Made by a program: the position numbers and the translations under genes. Below the pieces are notes generated by a model, which worked only from the letters and a program-made list of their open reading frames with translations, was not told the DNA's origin and ran no database searches. From a virus: DNA of 64,000 nt. This document shows, one piece after another, positions 9,472-18,225 of this stretch. The first letter of the stretch is position 1. The number at the start of each line of letters is the position of its first letter. The stretch lies in the IMG/VR virus record IMGVR_UViG_2918493637_000007, one strand, 5' to 3'.

Positions 9472-10004
9472 TCCGTCCTGAGTGTGAGGCGGCCGTTCTG
9501 CTCGATGGCTGCGCCGAGCGCGGTGAGCGCCTGGAAGGCCTGGGTCGCGTGGGCGGCTGCGGTGCCCTCGCTCCATTCGAGTTTGCGCATGAAGGCGGTC
9601 TTGAGCGTCGCCCGGTCGATGCCGGCCTTCATGTGCAGCAGCAGGTGGCAGGTGACGCGCAGGAAGGCTGGGCTCGTCGTGAACGGGTTCTCGCCGCGCG
9701 AGAGGGCGGCCGTCACCGAGATGCCGGCGCGCTCGATGCGCCCGATCAGCTCCTCGACCTTCTTGGGCAGGCCCTCGGTCAAGACGCCGGTCGCGTGCGC
9801 TTCCGTGGGACCCCGCGGGCGGGGAGGGCGCTGCGCGCGCGGCTCCTTGGGCTTGATGCCGAGCTCGGCGCGCCGCCGCGTGAGCTGCTCGGCGCCGACC
9901 TGCGCGCACTCAGCGGCGAACGGGCACGAGATGCACTCGGCCGCTTCCGCGCGATAGGCGAGGGCGAAGCCGAAGCAGCCCGGACGGAGCATCGAAGTCA
10001 GCAC
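9468..10004 (-). CDS. Hypothetical protein with N-terminal Cys cluster
   Basis: PGCFG...[11 protein letters not shown]; co-oriented with overlapping junctions. Confidence 0.65.
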   Translation of the reverse strand: MLTSMLRPGCFGFALAYRAEAAECISCPFAAECAQVGAEQLTRRRAELGIKPKEPRAQRPPRPRGPTEAHATGVLTEGLPKKVEELIGRIERAGISVTAALSRGENPFTTSPAFLRVTCHLLLHMKAGIDRATLKTAFMRKLEWSEGTAAAHATQAFQALTALGAAIEQNGRLTLRTE

Positions 10005-10016
10005 TGACTTACTTCC

Positions 10017-10643
10017 TCAGCGAAGGATCTGCCGCGCGAGGCCTTTGACCTCGCCGTAGATGCGGTTGCGTTCGACCCGGTCCGCACCCATCAGGTCGAG
10101 GACGAGCGAGCCGGTGATGTGGCTGGGCACGCCGGTGCGGATCCCGCGGGCGTTGGCGAACTCGGCCCGGGCCTGGATCGCGGTCATCTCCTCGTAGAGC
10201 GCCGGAGGCGGGTTCGCGAGGAGCTCGACGAACTGGCGCGCCTCGGGGGAGAGGAGGGCGATGTTGCGCTCGAACTCCTGGGCGTCGCCGAGCACGTCGT
10301 CCTGGAGCGGGCTGCCGTCGGCGATCACCTCGTGCAGGTCGGAGCCGTCCTCGTCGCCGTGATCCTCGTCGAGGTCGAGGGCGTTGGAGTGGCCGATCTG
10401 CCGGTCGATCCAGGCGTTGATGTGGTTGCGCATGCCGAGCTGGAGGTAGGCCCCGAACGGCACGCCCTTGGTCGGGTCGAACTTGTCCCGGGCGATCACC
10501 CAGGCGAGCGACAGCTCCGAGACCAAGTCGGCCAGGAGCACGGTGCGCGCGCCGGCCGCGTGCGCCCGCTTCAGGTAGCGGTAGGCGGACCGCTCGACGA
10601 CCTTGCTCCAGTCGCCCCATTGGATCGGGTGGGTGTCGCGCAT
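10017..10643 (-). CDS. Phage-encoded sigma70-family factor (region 2 recognisable)
   Basis: DLVSELSLAWVIARDKFDPTKGVPFGAYLQLGMRNHINAWI matches the sigma70 region 2.2-2.4 pattern (DLxQE...AxxKFDPxxGxxFxTYA..WIR..I); LLSPEARQFVELL resembles the start of region 4. Confidence 0.75.
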   Translation of the reverse strand: MRDTHPIQWGDWSKVVERSAYRYLKRAHAAGARTVLLADLVSELSLAWVIARDKFDPTKGVPFGAYLQLGMRNHINAWIDRQIGHSNALDLDEDHGDEDGSDLHEVIADGSPLQDDVLGDAQEFERNIALLSPEARQFVELLANPPPALYEEMTAIQARAEFANARGIRTGVPSHITGSLVLDLMGADRVERNRIYGEVKGLARQILR

Positions 10644-10647
10644 GGCG

Positions 10648-11874
10648 TTACCCGAAGTAGCGCTGCGCGAGCTGGGAGGCGGCCTCGCGGTCGACCCGGC
10701 TCATGCGGTTCATGAAGCCCTGGCGCAGGCCGGCCGAGTAGTCGGCGCCGCGCATCACGCCGAGCCGGCCCGCGGTGATGAGCTCGCGGGGCGAGATCGT
10801 CATGCCGATCCGGCCGCCCTTGAACGCCTCGCGGATGTCGTTGGCGAACTTCACCAGCTTGGCGGCATCGTCCTTCTTCACGCGCGCCTGGCTGACGATG
10901 ACGGCCGTCTCCACGTCGGGCTCCATGTAGGGAACCTCCTCGACGATGTGCATGCGGGAGTAGTTCGCGGCGTTCTGGATCTGGGTGCCCTGGTAGAGAC
11001 CCGTTTCGTCTCCGCCACCGTTGGTGTTGCCGGTCGCCACGAAGCGGAAGTTCTTGTGCGGGCGGATCACCCGCATGTCGGGCGGCGCGTCCTTGATGAA
11101 CAGCGGCTTGCCCTCGAGGATCGGCTGGTAGACCGACAGGACCGAGGGGAGGGCGAAGTCATACTCGTCGGCGCAGTAGACGTAGCCGTTGAGCATGGCG
11201 ATCGTGAGCGGGCCGGGCTGAAACACGGTCTCGGTGGAGAGCACCGCGATGTCCTCGCCGGTCGCCTGGTTCTTCGTGACGCGCTCGACCGCCTGGACGA
11301 CATACTGCCCGACGATGTGCGCCTCTTCGGTGTTGGCGGTGTGCTGGACCCGCATGAACGGCCGCTTGGTGCGGGCGCAGACTTGCTCGAAGGCGGTGGT
11401 CTTGCCGGTGCCGTGAAAGCCCCAGAAGTAGACGTTCATGCCCATCTCGAGGCCCATGAGCGCCGTCTTCACCAGGTCGAGGTTGAACACGTAGTTCGGG
11501 TCGACGTCCGGCACGAGGGCGAGCGCCTCGGCGTCGTGGCCCTTCATCACCGAGATCAGGATCGGCTCGCCGCGCTTGTTCTTGGTCGCGGGCACGTCGC
11601 CGGTCTCGAACACGGCCGCCAGCGGCATTTTGTCCACGAGCTGTGTGACGGTGCCGTCCTCGGCGGCCTTCTTCTGCTCCACGAGGCGCTCCTTCTGACG
11701 CTTCTCGGCGGCCGGCGACAGCAGCGGCGCGTCGGGGTAGGTGGCGCGGTAGCGCTCCACCGTCCATTCGGGGTGGTGCGTCTTCAGGTGCGCCTGGATG
11801 ACATGGACGCGGGCCCCGTCGAGCAGGCACTCGATCTTGCCGTCGGACAGGGCTGCGGGGGCGGGCGTGTTCAT
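10648..11874 (-). CDS. cobS: CobS-like MoxR AAA+ ATPase with N-terminal Ros/MucR-like zinc finger
   Basis: GFHGTGKTT (Walker A), YCADEYD (Walker B), FRFVATGNTNGGGDETGLYQGT, ISPREL; N-terminal IECLLDG...HLKTHH. Confidence 0.88.
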   Translation of the reverse strand: MNTPAPAALSDGKIECLLDGARVHVIQAHLKTHHPEWTVERYRATYPDAPLLSPAAEKRQKERLVEQKKAAEDGTVTQLVDKMPLAAVFETGDVPATKNKRGEPILISVMKGHDAEALALVPDVDPNYVFNLDLVKTALMGLEMGMNVYFWGFHGTGKTTAFEQVCARTKRPFMRVQHTANTEEAHIVGQYVVQAVERVTKNQATGEDIAVLSTETVFQPGPLTIAMLNGYVYCADEYDFALPSVLSVYQPILEGKPLFIKDAPPDMRVIRPHKNFRFVATGNTNGGGDETGLYQGTQIQNAANYSRMHIVEEVPYMEPDVETAVIVSQARVKKDDAAKLVKFANDIREAFKGGRIGMTISPRELITAGRLGVMRGADYSAGLRQGFMNRMSRVDREAASQLAQRYFG

Positions 11875-12000
11875 CGGGTGGAACTCTCCTGGGTTGTGCG
11901 CTGGGTGCGCTCTCTGTGTGCGAGTCAGTTATCGCTGATCTCGTCGAGGGACACAAGTCAGTCCTGACTTACATTTCGGGGTCCCGCGACGATCCGGCTG

Positions 12001-14391
12001 TCAGCTCAGCAGGATCCGCTTGAGCTCGCCCATCACGCACTTCGGCAGGTCGGCCGCGTTGTTCAGGAGCGCGAACTTGGGGAAGTAGTGCCGCGGCGCG
12101 TCGGTCAGGATGCCGATGCCGACGGTCTCGATGCCGCGCGCCTCGACCGCCTTCACCGTCTCCTTGAGGTGCTTGCGCAGCGCGGGCACGTCGCCGTCGG
12201 CGACCGGGTTGCCGTCGGACAGCACCAGGAGGACCTTGCGGGTCTCCTTGCGCCGCAGCAGGCGGTAGGCGGCGTATTCGAGGCTCTCGCCGTCGACGTT
12301 CGAGCCCATGAAGTCCTGGTGCGGGGCGGCCGCGAACCGGCGCTTGATCTCGGAGGTCAGCCGTTCGTCGAAGCCCTTGTAGACGGGCATGTAGATCGGC
12401 TCGTAGCGGGTGTAGGGGATCCCGGCGGCGATCGCGGCCTCGTGCGCCTCCTTGATCTCCTTGCCCCAGGGGTGCCACTTCGTGGTGAAGCCGAGCACCT
12501 CGTGCTGGATCCCGACCCGCTCGAGGGTGGTCGAGAGCGCGTAGCCCGCCTCCATCGCGGTCTGGACCTTGATGCCTTCCATCGACCCGGAGTTGTCGAT
12601 CAGGAGGCCGACGGCGACGTCCTTGCTCACGTTGACGTGGAGCCGGCGGAACACGCGGTCGTCGCCCGCGGCCAGGCGGTGCAGGCCGGCCGTGTGCAGG
12701 CGGCCCGAGCGGAAGCCCGGGACCTTCACGCTCTGAGAGCGCGCGGCCATCATGCGCTGGATCTCCTTCTGCATCACGCCGACCGACTGGCGCGTGCGGT
12801 CGTCGAGCGCCGTCAGCCAGGCGTCCTGGTAGTTCTCCATGTCTGTTGGGAATGGCTCGATGACGTCGAAGTCCTTGGTGTAGATACGGTAGGCGGCGCT
12901 CGCGGTCATGTCGCGGGCCTCCTCGCCGATCTTGGCGGCGATCGCGTCGTCGTAGTCGACAGCGCCACCAACCAGCAGGACCGGGCCGCCGGCGTTCGGG
13001 TCGTCGTTGCCCTCGCCCTCGGCGTCCTCGTCGTGCTGCTCTACCGGACCCTGGTCGCCGGCCGTGTCTTCCTCGCCCGCATCAGCGCCGCCCGCTGCAT
13101 CGCCTTCACCGTCCGCAGCCTCCCCATCAGCCTCGTCCGATCCGTCGCCGCCCTCGCCGTCGGCGTCAGCGGTCTCACTAGGCTCATCGTCGCCGTGATC
13201 GTCCTCATCATCGTGCTCACCGGAAGCGCCAGAGGCTCCGACCTCGCCTTCCTCCTCGCCACGATCTCCTTCCTGATCGTCGCCATCTTCCACGGGCGAA
13301 CCGGCACCATCGTCCTCAGACGCAGGTTCCTCGCCCTTATCGGCATCATCGCCATCATCGGCGGCGCCATCGCTCGGCTCGCCGGTATCGTCCTGGCCCT
13401 CGAGCTCGCCTTCGCCAGCCGCCCCTTCGCCGGGTTCGTCGTCCTCGGTCTCGGGTGCCTCGTCTCCACCAGCCTCATCGCCCGAAGCGTCAGCATCCTC
13501 GTCCTTGTCCTCCTCGCCAGCGTCGTCGCTCTCACCGGGCTTGCCAGCGTCCGACTGCTCGTCCTTCGGCTCCTCGGCCGGACCCTTACCCTCGTCCTCG
13601 GGCGTGTCACCCTCGCCGCCGTTCCCACCCTGCGGCTCGTTCTCGGGCTGCTCCTCGGGCTGCTCCTCATCCTCGCTCGAGGGCGGGGGAGGGGGCGGCG
13701 CGGGCATCTTGGGAGCGGGCGGGGGCGGCGGCGCCTTCAGGGCCTCGCTGATGCGCTTGGCGAGCTCGAAGCACTCCCAGGTGCTCTTGAGCTTGGCGAC
13801 CTCGGCGACGAACGGCGCGAGGCGCTTGAACTTCGGCCCGAGCTCCGGGTGAGCCTCGAAGGCGCCGGCCTCCATGAACTCCTGGAACAGCCGCTGGCCG
13901 GAGTAGGCGCGGAAGGCGGGAACGAACAGCGCCGAGAACGCGGTGTCGACGTCGCCCTTGGCGAGCGCTGCCGTGTAGACCGGCGTGGTAATGTCGGAGA
14001 TGAAGAAGCGGTGGAGCTGCTGGAGGTTAAAGCCCGAGCCCGCGAAGCGCCGGGACATCTGGCGCTCGATGAAGGTGTCCTCAAGGGTGTTCCAGATCGC
14101 GCGCAGGTGGGGGAAGTCCCTCTGCGCCTTGTCAATCGCGGCATGCACCGAGAAGTCGGTCTCGAGGATGTGGGCGACCTCGTGGTCGATGAAGCCTTGG
14201 ATCGCGAGGATCAGCTCCTTGCTCGCGTTGTCCGGCAGGTAGGGGATGTTGACCACCTCGGGCTTGTGGGTGGCCCGGTTGGTGCCGACGAACGCCTTGG
14301 TGCCCCGCTGCGTTACCTTGAGACCCATCCCGGCGAGGAGCTGGGTGACTTTCACCACAACCTCTCGCAGGATCCGCACCTCGTCATTCAT
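12001..14391 (-). CDS. cobT: CobT-like vWA protein with N-terminal HExxH and long acidic linker
   Basis: ATG at 14391 with GGAGAG RBS; DHEVAH; LLIDNSGSM (MIDAS), VLSDGNP; adjacent to the CobS-like ATPase. Confidence 0.85.
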   Translation of the reverse strand: MNDEVRILREVVVKVTQLLAGMGLKVTQRGTKAFVGTNRATHKPEVVNIPYLPDNASKELILAIQGFIDHEVAHILETDFSVHAAIDKAQRDFPHLRAIWNTLEDTFIERQMSRRFAGSGFNLQQLHRFFISDITTPVYTAALAKGDVDTAFSALFVPAFRAYSGQRLFQEFMEAGAFEAHPELGPKFKRLAPFVAEVAKLKSTWECFELAKRISEALKAPPPPPAPKMPAPPPPPPSSEDEEQPEEQPENEPQGGNGGEGDTPEDEGKGPAEEPKDEQSDAGKPGESDDAGEEDKDEDADASGDEAGGDEAPETEDDEPGEGAAGEGELEGQDDTGEPSDGAADDGDDADKGEEPASEDDGAGSPVEDGDDQEGDRGEEEGEVGASGASGEHDDEDDHGDDEPSETADADGEGGDGSDEADGEAADGEGDAAGGADAGEEDTAGDQGPVEQHDEDAEGEGNDDPNAGGPVLLVGGAVDYDDAIAAKIGEEARDMTASAAYRIYTKDFDVIEPFPTDMENYQDAWLTALDDRTRQSVGVMQKEIQRMMAARSQSVKVPGFRSGRLHTAGLHRLAAGDDRVFRRLHVNVSKDVAVGLLIDNSGSMEGIKVQTAMEAGYALSTTLERVGIQHEVLGFTTKWHPWGKEIKEAHEAAIAAGIPYTRYEPIYMPVYKGFDERLTSEIKRRFAAAPHQDFMGSNVDGESLEYAAYRLLRRKETRKVLLVLSDGNPVADGDVPALRKHLKETVKAVEARGIETVGIGILTDAPRHYFPKFALLNNAADLPKCVMGELKRILLS

Positions 14392-14427
14392 AAGTTGTCT
14401 CTCCAAGTCAGTAGTGACTTACTACTG

Positions 14428-14450
14428 TATAGACGACGTAAATTGGTTAC
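14428..14450 (-). promoter_or_regulatory. Degenerate copy of the phage promoter motif upstream of cobT
   Basis: Minus strand GTAACCAAT-TTACGTCGT-CTATA (9-nt spacer), followed by the operator at 14405-14420. Confidence 0.5.
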
Positions 14451-14695
14451 GCGAATGGAATGATAGACGCAGATGCGTCCGAGATCATGATGATACAGCG
14501 GCCGTAGACTGGATGAACACCGCTGTGGAGTTCGGTCTGGCCGACGTTGGTGAAATTCTGTTCCCGCAGGAGTGCAACCTGCTCGAGGGCGTCAATCTGA
14601 TCCACTTTGTGGATCACCGGGTTGAACTCCTCGGCCAGGATCTCGATCGCCGGAGGCGTCGGGATGAGGTTCAGGATCTCGTTGGACGTCTTCAT
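14447..14695 (-). CDS. Hypothetical protein
   Basis: 82-aa ORF downstream of the operator at 14721-14736. Confidence 0.55.
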   Translation of the reverse strand: MKTSNEILNLIPTPPAIEILAEEFNPVIHKVDQIDALEQVALLREQNFTNVGQTELHSGVHPVYGRCIIMISDASASIIPFA

Positions 14696-14826
14696 CGCTT
14701 CCGCCTATTCCCAGGGACATGAGTCATTGCTGACTTGCTATACGCGTCAAAAATTGAGCCACCCTTTTGGGCGGCTGGCTGGCATTCCGATGTCGCGCCC
14801 GGACCGGGCGCGGTTGCGTATATGGT

Positions 14827-15327
14827 TTAGAGCGACTTCGGCACTGGGGAGACGCCCCGGCGGTCTTTAACTCGGAACAGGTCTCCGACGGCCTCGAGCT
14901 GCTCCTCGGTCGGATCAACGTCCGCGCCGCCGGTCGCCTGCCGGATCGCGCTCACGACCTTCATCTCCCCGGCCGAGACCAAGTTAGGGAAAATCTTGTC
15001 GATTTCAGCCGCGCTTATCGGCATATCGGGCTGCTGAGCGGCTAGACGGAAGAAGAAGCTCGGGTCGCAGCGTAGCGCCTTGGCCAGCACGAGGGTCTTA
15101 TTCAGCGGCACCTTCGTTTCGCCGCGCTTAAACATGGAAAGAATGTTCGGCTTGTCGTAGCCGGCGGCGAGTGCGATCTCCCGCTGATTTATGCCAAGAT
15201 CACCGAGGCTGTCGATCTGATTTCGCAGATACACAGCCATCGTCGTGTTTTCATACGGGCGCTGAACTGGCTTCGTCGTCAAATTTTTTGTCTCCTGAAC
15301 TGCTATGGTTGCTCGGTTGATCACCAT
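14827..15327 (-). CDS. XRE-family HTH regulator, candidate prophage repressor
   Basis: INQREIALAAGYDKPNILSMFKRGETKVPLNKTLVLAKALRCDP HTH pattern; true start may be ATG at 15240. Confidence 0.8.
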   Translation of the reverse strand: MVINRATIAVQETKNLTTKPVQRPYENTTMAVYLRNQIDSLGDLGINQREIALAAGYDKPNILSMFKRGETKVPLNKTLVLAKALRCDPSFFFRLAAQQPDMPISAAEIDKIFPNLVSAGEMKVVSAIRQATGGADVDPTEEQLEAVGDLFRVKDRRGVSPVPKSL

Positions 15328-15613
15328 TGTATGATCGCTTCGGTTTCGATTTTCTCGATGCTCTTGCGATCTCGATATAGCAGCTCGAGCTCGGGTTGCG
15401 ATGCAGGTATCGCGCCGGAGTCTACAAGCCTGAATTTCACGGATAAGTCAACACTGACTTAGGTTGTGCCTAATAAAATTTCTGTGTCATGCCATCTGTA
15501 GCCCTAGCCTGACGCTTCGGGTATGCGACTCGTAGCGCCCGGTGGTGTTAAGGTGGCCTAGCGAAGGCCCCGAATCAAATTGCCACCTGGGGTTGTTAGA
15601 ATTTTACTGAAGG

Positions 15614-16000
15614 TTGATCTGCTTGCGGCTGCAAGGTTGTCAGATCCGCATGGCGCGCGCCGCGCTGCGGTTATCGCTTACTGAATTGGCCGAGTGCTCA
15701 GGTGTCAGCGAAAAGACCATACGACGATGTGAAGCAGTAGACGGCCAGCCGCCGGTCGCGGACCATTCCCTCGGACTGATCGGCAAGGCGCTGAACGACC
15801 GCGGGGTGCGGTTCATGGAAGGCCGTGGTCGACAATGGGGACCGGGCTGCATTCTGGACTGGAACCCCGAGATGGGCGACCGCCCCGAGGTTCATGCGCT
15901 AATTGCGCGGGAAGGGGATCCCGATGCCGGTGGGGCGAAACTACCATGGCCGCCGCTGCCCAGACCGAAACCTCCGTCGAAGTTCGGACCGAAACGTTAA
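15614..16000 (+). CDS. XRE-family HTH regulator
   Basis: QIRMARAALRLSLTELAECSGVSEKTIRRCE...ALNDRGVRF, typical alphaproteobacterial XRE; divergent from 14827-15327. Confidence 0.8.
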   Translation: MICLRLQGCQIRMARAALRLSLTELAECSGVSEKTIRRCEAVDGQPPVADHSLGLIGKALNDRGVRFMEGRGRQWGPGCILDWNPEMGDRPEVHALIAREGDPDAGGAKLPWPPLPRPKPPSKFGPKR

Positions 16001-16174
16001 CGCCTTGGCACACAGTCCTAAAAATCGTTCGCTTCGCGTTATGGAACCCGTTTTCCGGGTGAGAGGTTCGATATTCCCTGGCGCTCTCTGTAATCGCAAT
16101 CTCAGTCACACAGTGCGGAAGGGGCGTTAGGTTCCATAATTTAGCTTATGCGAATGGCAGGCCCTGAAACACGA

Positions 16175-16216
16175 AAGGCCGGCTGCGAGTGAGGGGCACC
16201 CATCGCAGCCGGCCTT
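16175..16216. terminator. 14-bp perfect hairpin, probable terminator or RNA element
   Basis: AAGGCCGGCTGCGA-14nt-TCGCAGCCGGCCTT; minus strand is followed by a short T-rich tract. Confidence 0.5.
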
Positions 16217-16471
16217 CCTGAAGCGTTCTGGGCACGGTCGAAGAGCCCGAACGGCCTTAGAGAACCACGATACCGCATAGCTTGTCCAGGCCTGCGGCAT
16301 GGCGTTCACCTGCGCGAACACCCGCTCCGGCCGGGGGTTCCAAAAGGCGCCGGTAGATAAATCACCGCTGACTTCTCTTGCGTCCCCGGTCCATTTTCCG
16401 GTAGCCCTTGCGTCAGCCGAGAGAATCGGTCCACGACTCGTAACGCGCTACGAGTCGCGCCACACAGGAGG

Positions 16472-16681
16472 ATGCTGATGCCCAACATGGCGTCTCAAGC
16501 CCGGGTCAAACGCTTGCGCGAGCAGCGAAAGGCCTCCGGCGAGGTCGAGACGAACGTGTGGGTGCCGGCACACCTGCGATCGGCGATCGACCGCGCCGTC
16601 GAGGCGGGCAAGTTCCCGAACCGGCGTCTGGCGATCGTCCACGCGCTCGAAGCGACGTTCTCGGAGACCAAGCAGATGTAA
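16472..16681 (+). CDS. Ribbon-helix-helix-like small DNA-binding protein upstream of repC
   Basis: VETNVWVPAHLRSAIDRAVEAGKFPNRRLAIVHAL fits the RHH beta-alpha-alpha pattern; AGGAGG RBS. Confidence 0.65.
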   Translation: MLMPNMASQARVKRLREQRKASGEVETNVWVPAHLRSAIDRAVEAGKFPNRRLAIVHALEATFSETKQM

Positions 16682-16685
16682 CCGG

Positions 16686-16770
16686 CAAAGCAAAGGCCCC
16701 GGAGCTGGGGAGCTCCGAGGCCTTGGATCTTCATACCGGTCCGGGGAAGGGCCGCCACAAAGTGATTCGC
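16686..16770 (-). ncRNA. Counter-transcribed RNA (ctRNA) of the RepC replicon
   Basis: Minus-strand promoter TTGACG-17-TACAAA (16804-16776), terminator hairpin 16693-16724 followed by T residues, located directly upstream of repC. Confidence 0.7.
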
Positions 16771-16856
16771 ACCTCTTTGTAGCCCTCCCCCAGATCGCCG
16801 TCAATGACACCCTCTCGGGTGAACGATCCCGCTTTGCCTCCAGGAGGAGGTGGAAG

Positions 16857-17987
16857 GTGGAGACGGTTCATTCCGGTGGCCGGCCGCTCACGCGCGCCGC
16901 GCTCGCCGGTCGGAGACGTGCGCTCGAGGACGGGCGAACGATCTCCCGCAAGGAGCTCGCGGCCGCCGGCCGGGATGCGGCCAAGGCCTTGCGCCTGCGC
17001 CCTGCCCTGCGCGCGATCCTGTCGGCGCTCTGTGCCGTGTGGGGCGAGCAGGAGTGGGAGCGCCTGGTGGTGTGGCCCTCGAACGAGCACCTGTGCGGGA
17101 TGACAGGCCTGTCCGAGCGCGCGCTGCGCTACGGGCTGCGCGACCTGGTCGCCCTGGAGCTCGTCACGCCCCGCGACAGCGCGAACGGGAAGCGCTTCGC
17201 TGTGCGCGCCCCGGGTGGGGCGATCATCGACGCTTTCGGGTTCGACCTGACCCCGATCGTGGCGCGAAAGGGCGAATGGGCGAATGCTCTCATGGAAGCG
17301 ACCGTGAGAGATGACCACCGGCGGCGTTCGTTCGAGATTTTGACCGTCCGACGCCGGGCGGTGGCCGAGGCGCTCCACGGGCTTCTAATGCGATTTCCTC
17401 AGATTGAGGTCTCCGATCTGCTCGCGGCGCGCGAGTCCCTGGAGTTCGACACACCCAGGCGGCGAGCGGCCGGCACCGACCCGGACCTGGTGCTCGAGGC
17501 CTGGGGAGAGCTGCAGGTCATGGCAGAGGAACGCTTCTATCAAGCCGCCTCTGCCGGCAATTCCGGCCGGCACATAGAACAAGACCCCGATGCTCCTACC
17601 GATCCTTGTGCAAACGGCTCTCAAGAGGAGCCTGGGCCGATCCGTCTGCCCGACGCCGAGCTCGTCGCGGCCGCCTGCCCTGTCGCGGCCGAGATGGTTG
17701 CGAATCTCAAGACCGCGGCGGACGTCATCGAGGCCGGGCGCCTGATGCGGGGCGGGATCGGGGCGCACCCGTCGGCCTGGTCGGAGGCGTGCGAATCTCT
17801 CGGCGCGTTCCGCGCCGCCTGCCTGGTGCTGATCGTCGCCCAGCTCCACGACGACGAGACGCGCCGCGGTGAGATTCGCATCAAGAACCCGGGCGGCTAC
17901 TTCCGGCAGCTCGTGCGTTTAGCCGTAAACGGTCGCTACGGGCTCGAGGCCGAGCTCATGGCGATGCGTCGCAGGAAAATGACTTGA
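16857..17987 (+). CDS. repC: Plasmid replication initiator RepC (repABC family)
   Basis: GGRPLT N-terminus, VWPSNEHL, RDSANGKRF, FGFDLTPI, C-terminal IKNPGGYFRQL. Confidence 0.92.
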   Translation: METVHSGGRPLTRAALAGRRRALEDGRTISRKELAAAGRDAAKALRLRPALRAILSALCAVWGEQEWERLVVWPSNEHLCGMTGLSERALRYGLRDLVALELVTPRDSANGKRFAVRAPGGAIIDAFGFDLTPIVARKGEWANALMEATVRDDHRRRSFEILTVRRRAVAEALHGLLMRFPQIEVSDLLAARESLEFDTPRRRAAGTDPDLVLEAWGELQVMAEERFYQAASAGNSGRHIEQDPDAPTDPCANGSQEEPGPIRLPDAELVAAACPVAAEMVANLKTAADVIEAGRLMRGGIGAHPSAWSEACESLGAFRAACLVLIVAQLHDDETRRGEIRIKNPGGYFRQLVRLAVNGRYGLEAELMAMRRRKMT

Positions 17988-17996
17988 GGGCTAGGT

Positions 17997-18182
17997 ATGA
18001 AGGAGCGAAAGAAAGAAGATCTGGCGCTCCAGATCAGCGTCATGGTGCTCGCCACCCATCTGCGTGAGAAGGCGCCAGAGGACTACCACGAGATGATCGA
18101 AGAGGCGTTCAAGAAGCTCAAGCCTCTTGAGGAACACGATGATGTCGGCGCCGACATCATCGCGCGGCCAAGCACTACTTGA
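17997..18182 (+). CDS. Hypothetical protein
   Basis: 61-aa ORF immediately after repC. Confidence 0.55.
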   Translation: MKERKKEDLALQISVMVLATHLREKAPEDYHEMIEEAFKKLKPLEEHDDVGADIIARPSTT

Positions 18183-18225
18183 CCGAGGAGCCCGGCAAGG
18201 AGTCGTAGTCGCGAGCGTTCGACAG

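Noticed and set aside
10648-14391. cobS/cobT as cobalamin biosynthesis genes
   Set aside because: No CobN or other cob genes; the phage MoxR-vWA pair with extra domains is a known phage feature.
16127-16321. 64-aa minus-strand ORF in the replicon gap
   Set aside because: It runs through a strong hairpin, has no RBS or recognisable motif, and has atypical codon use.
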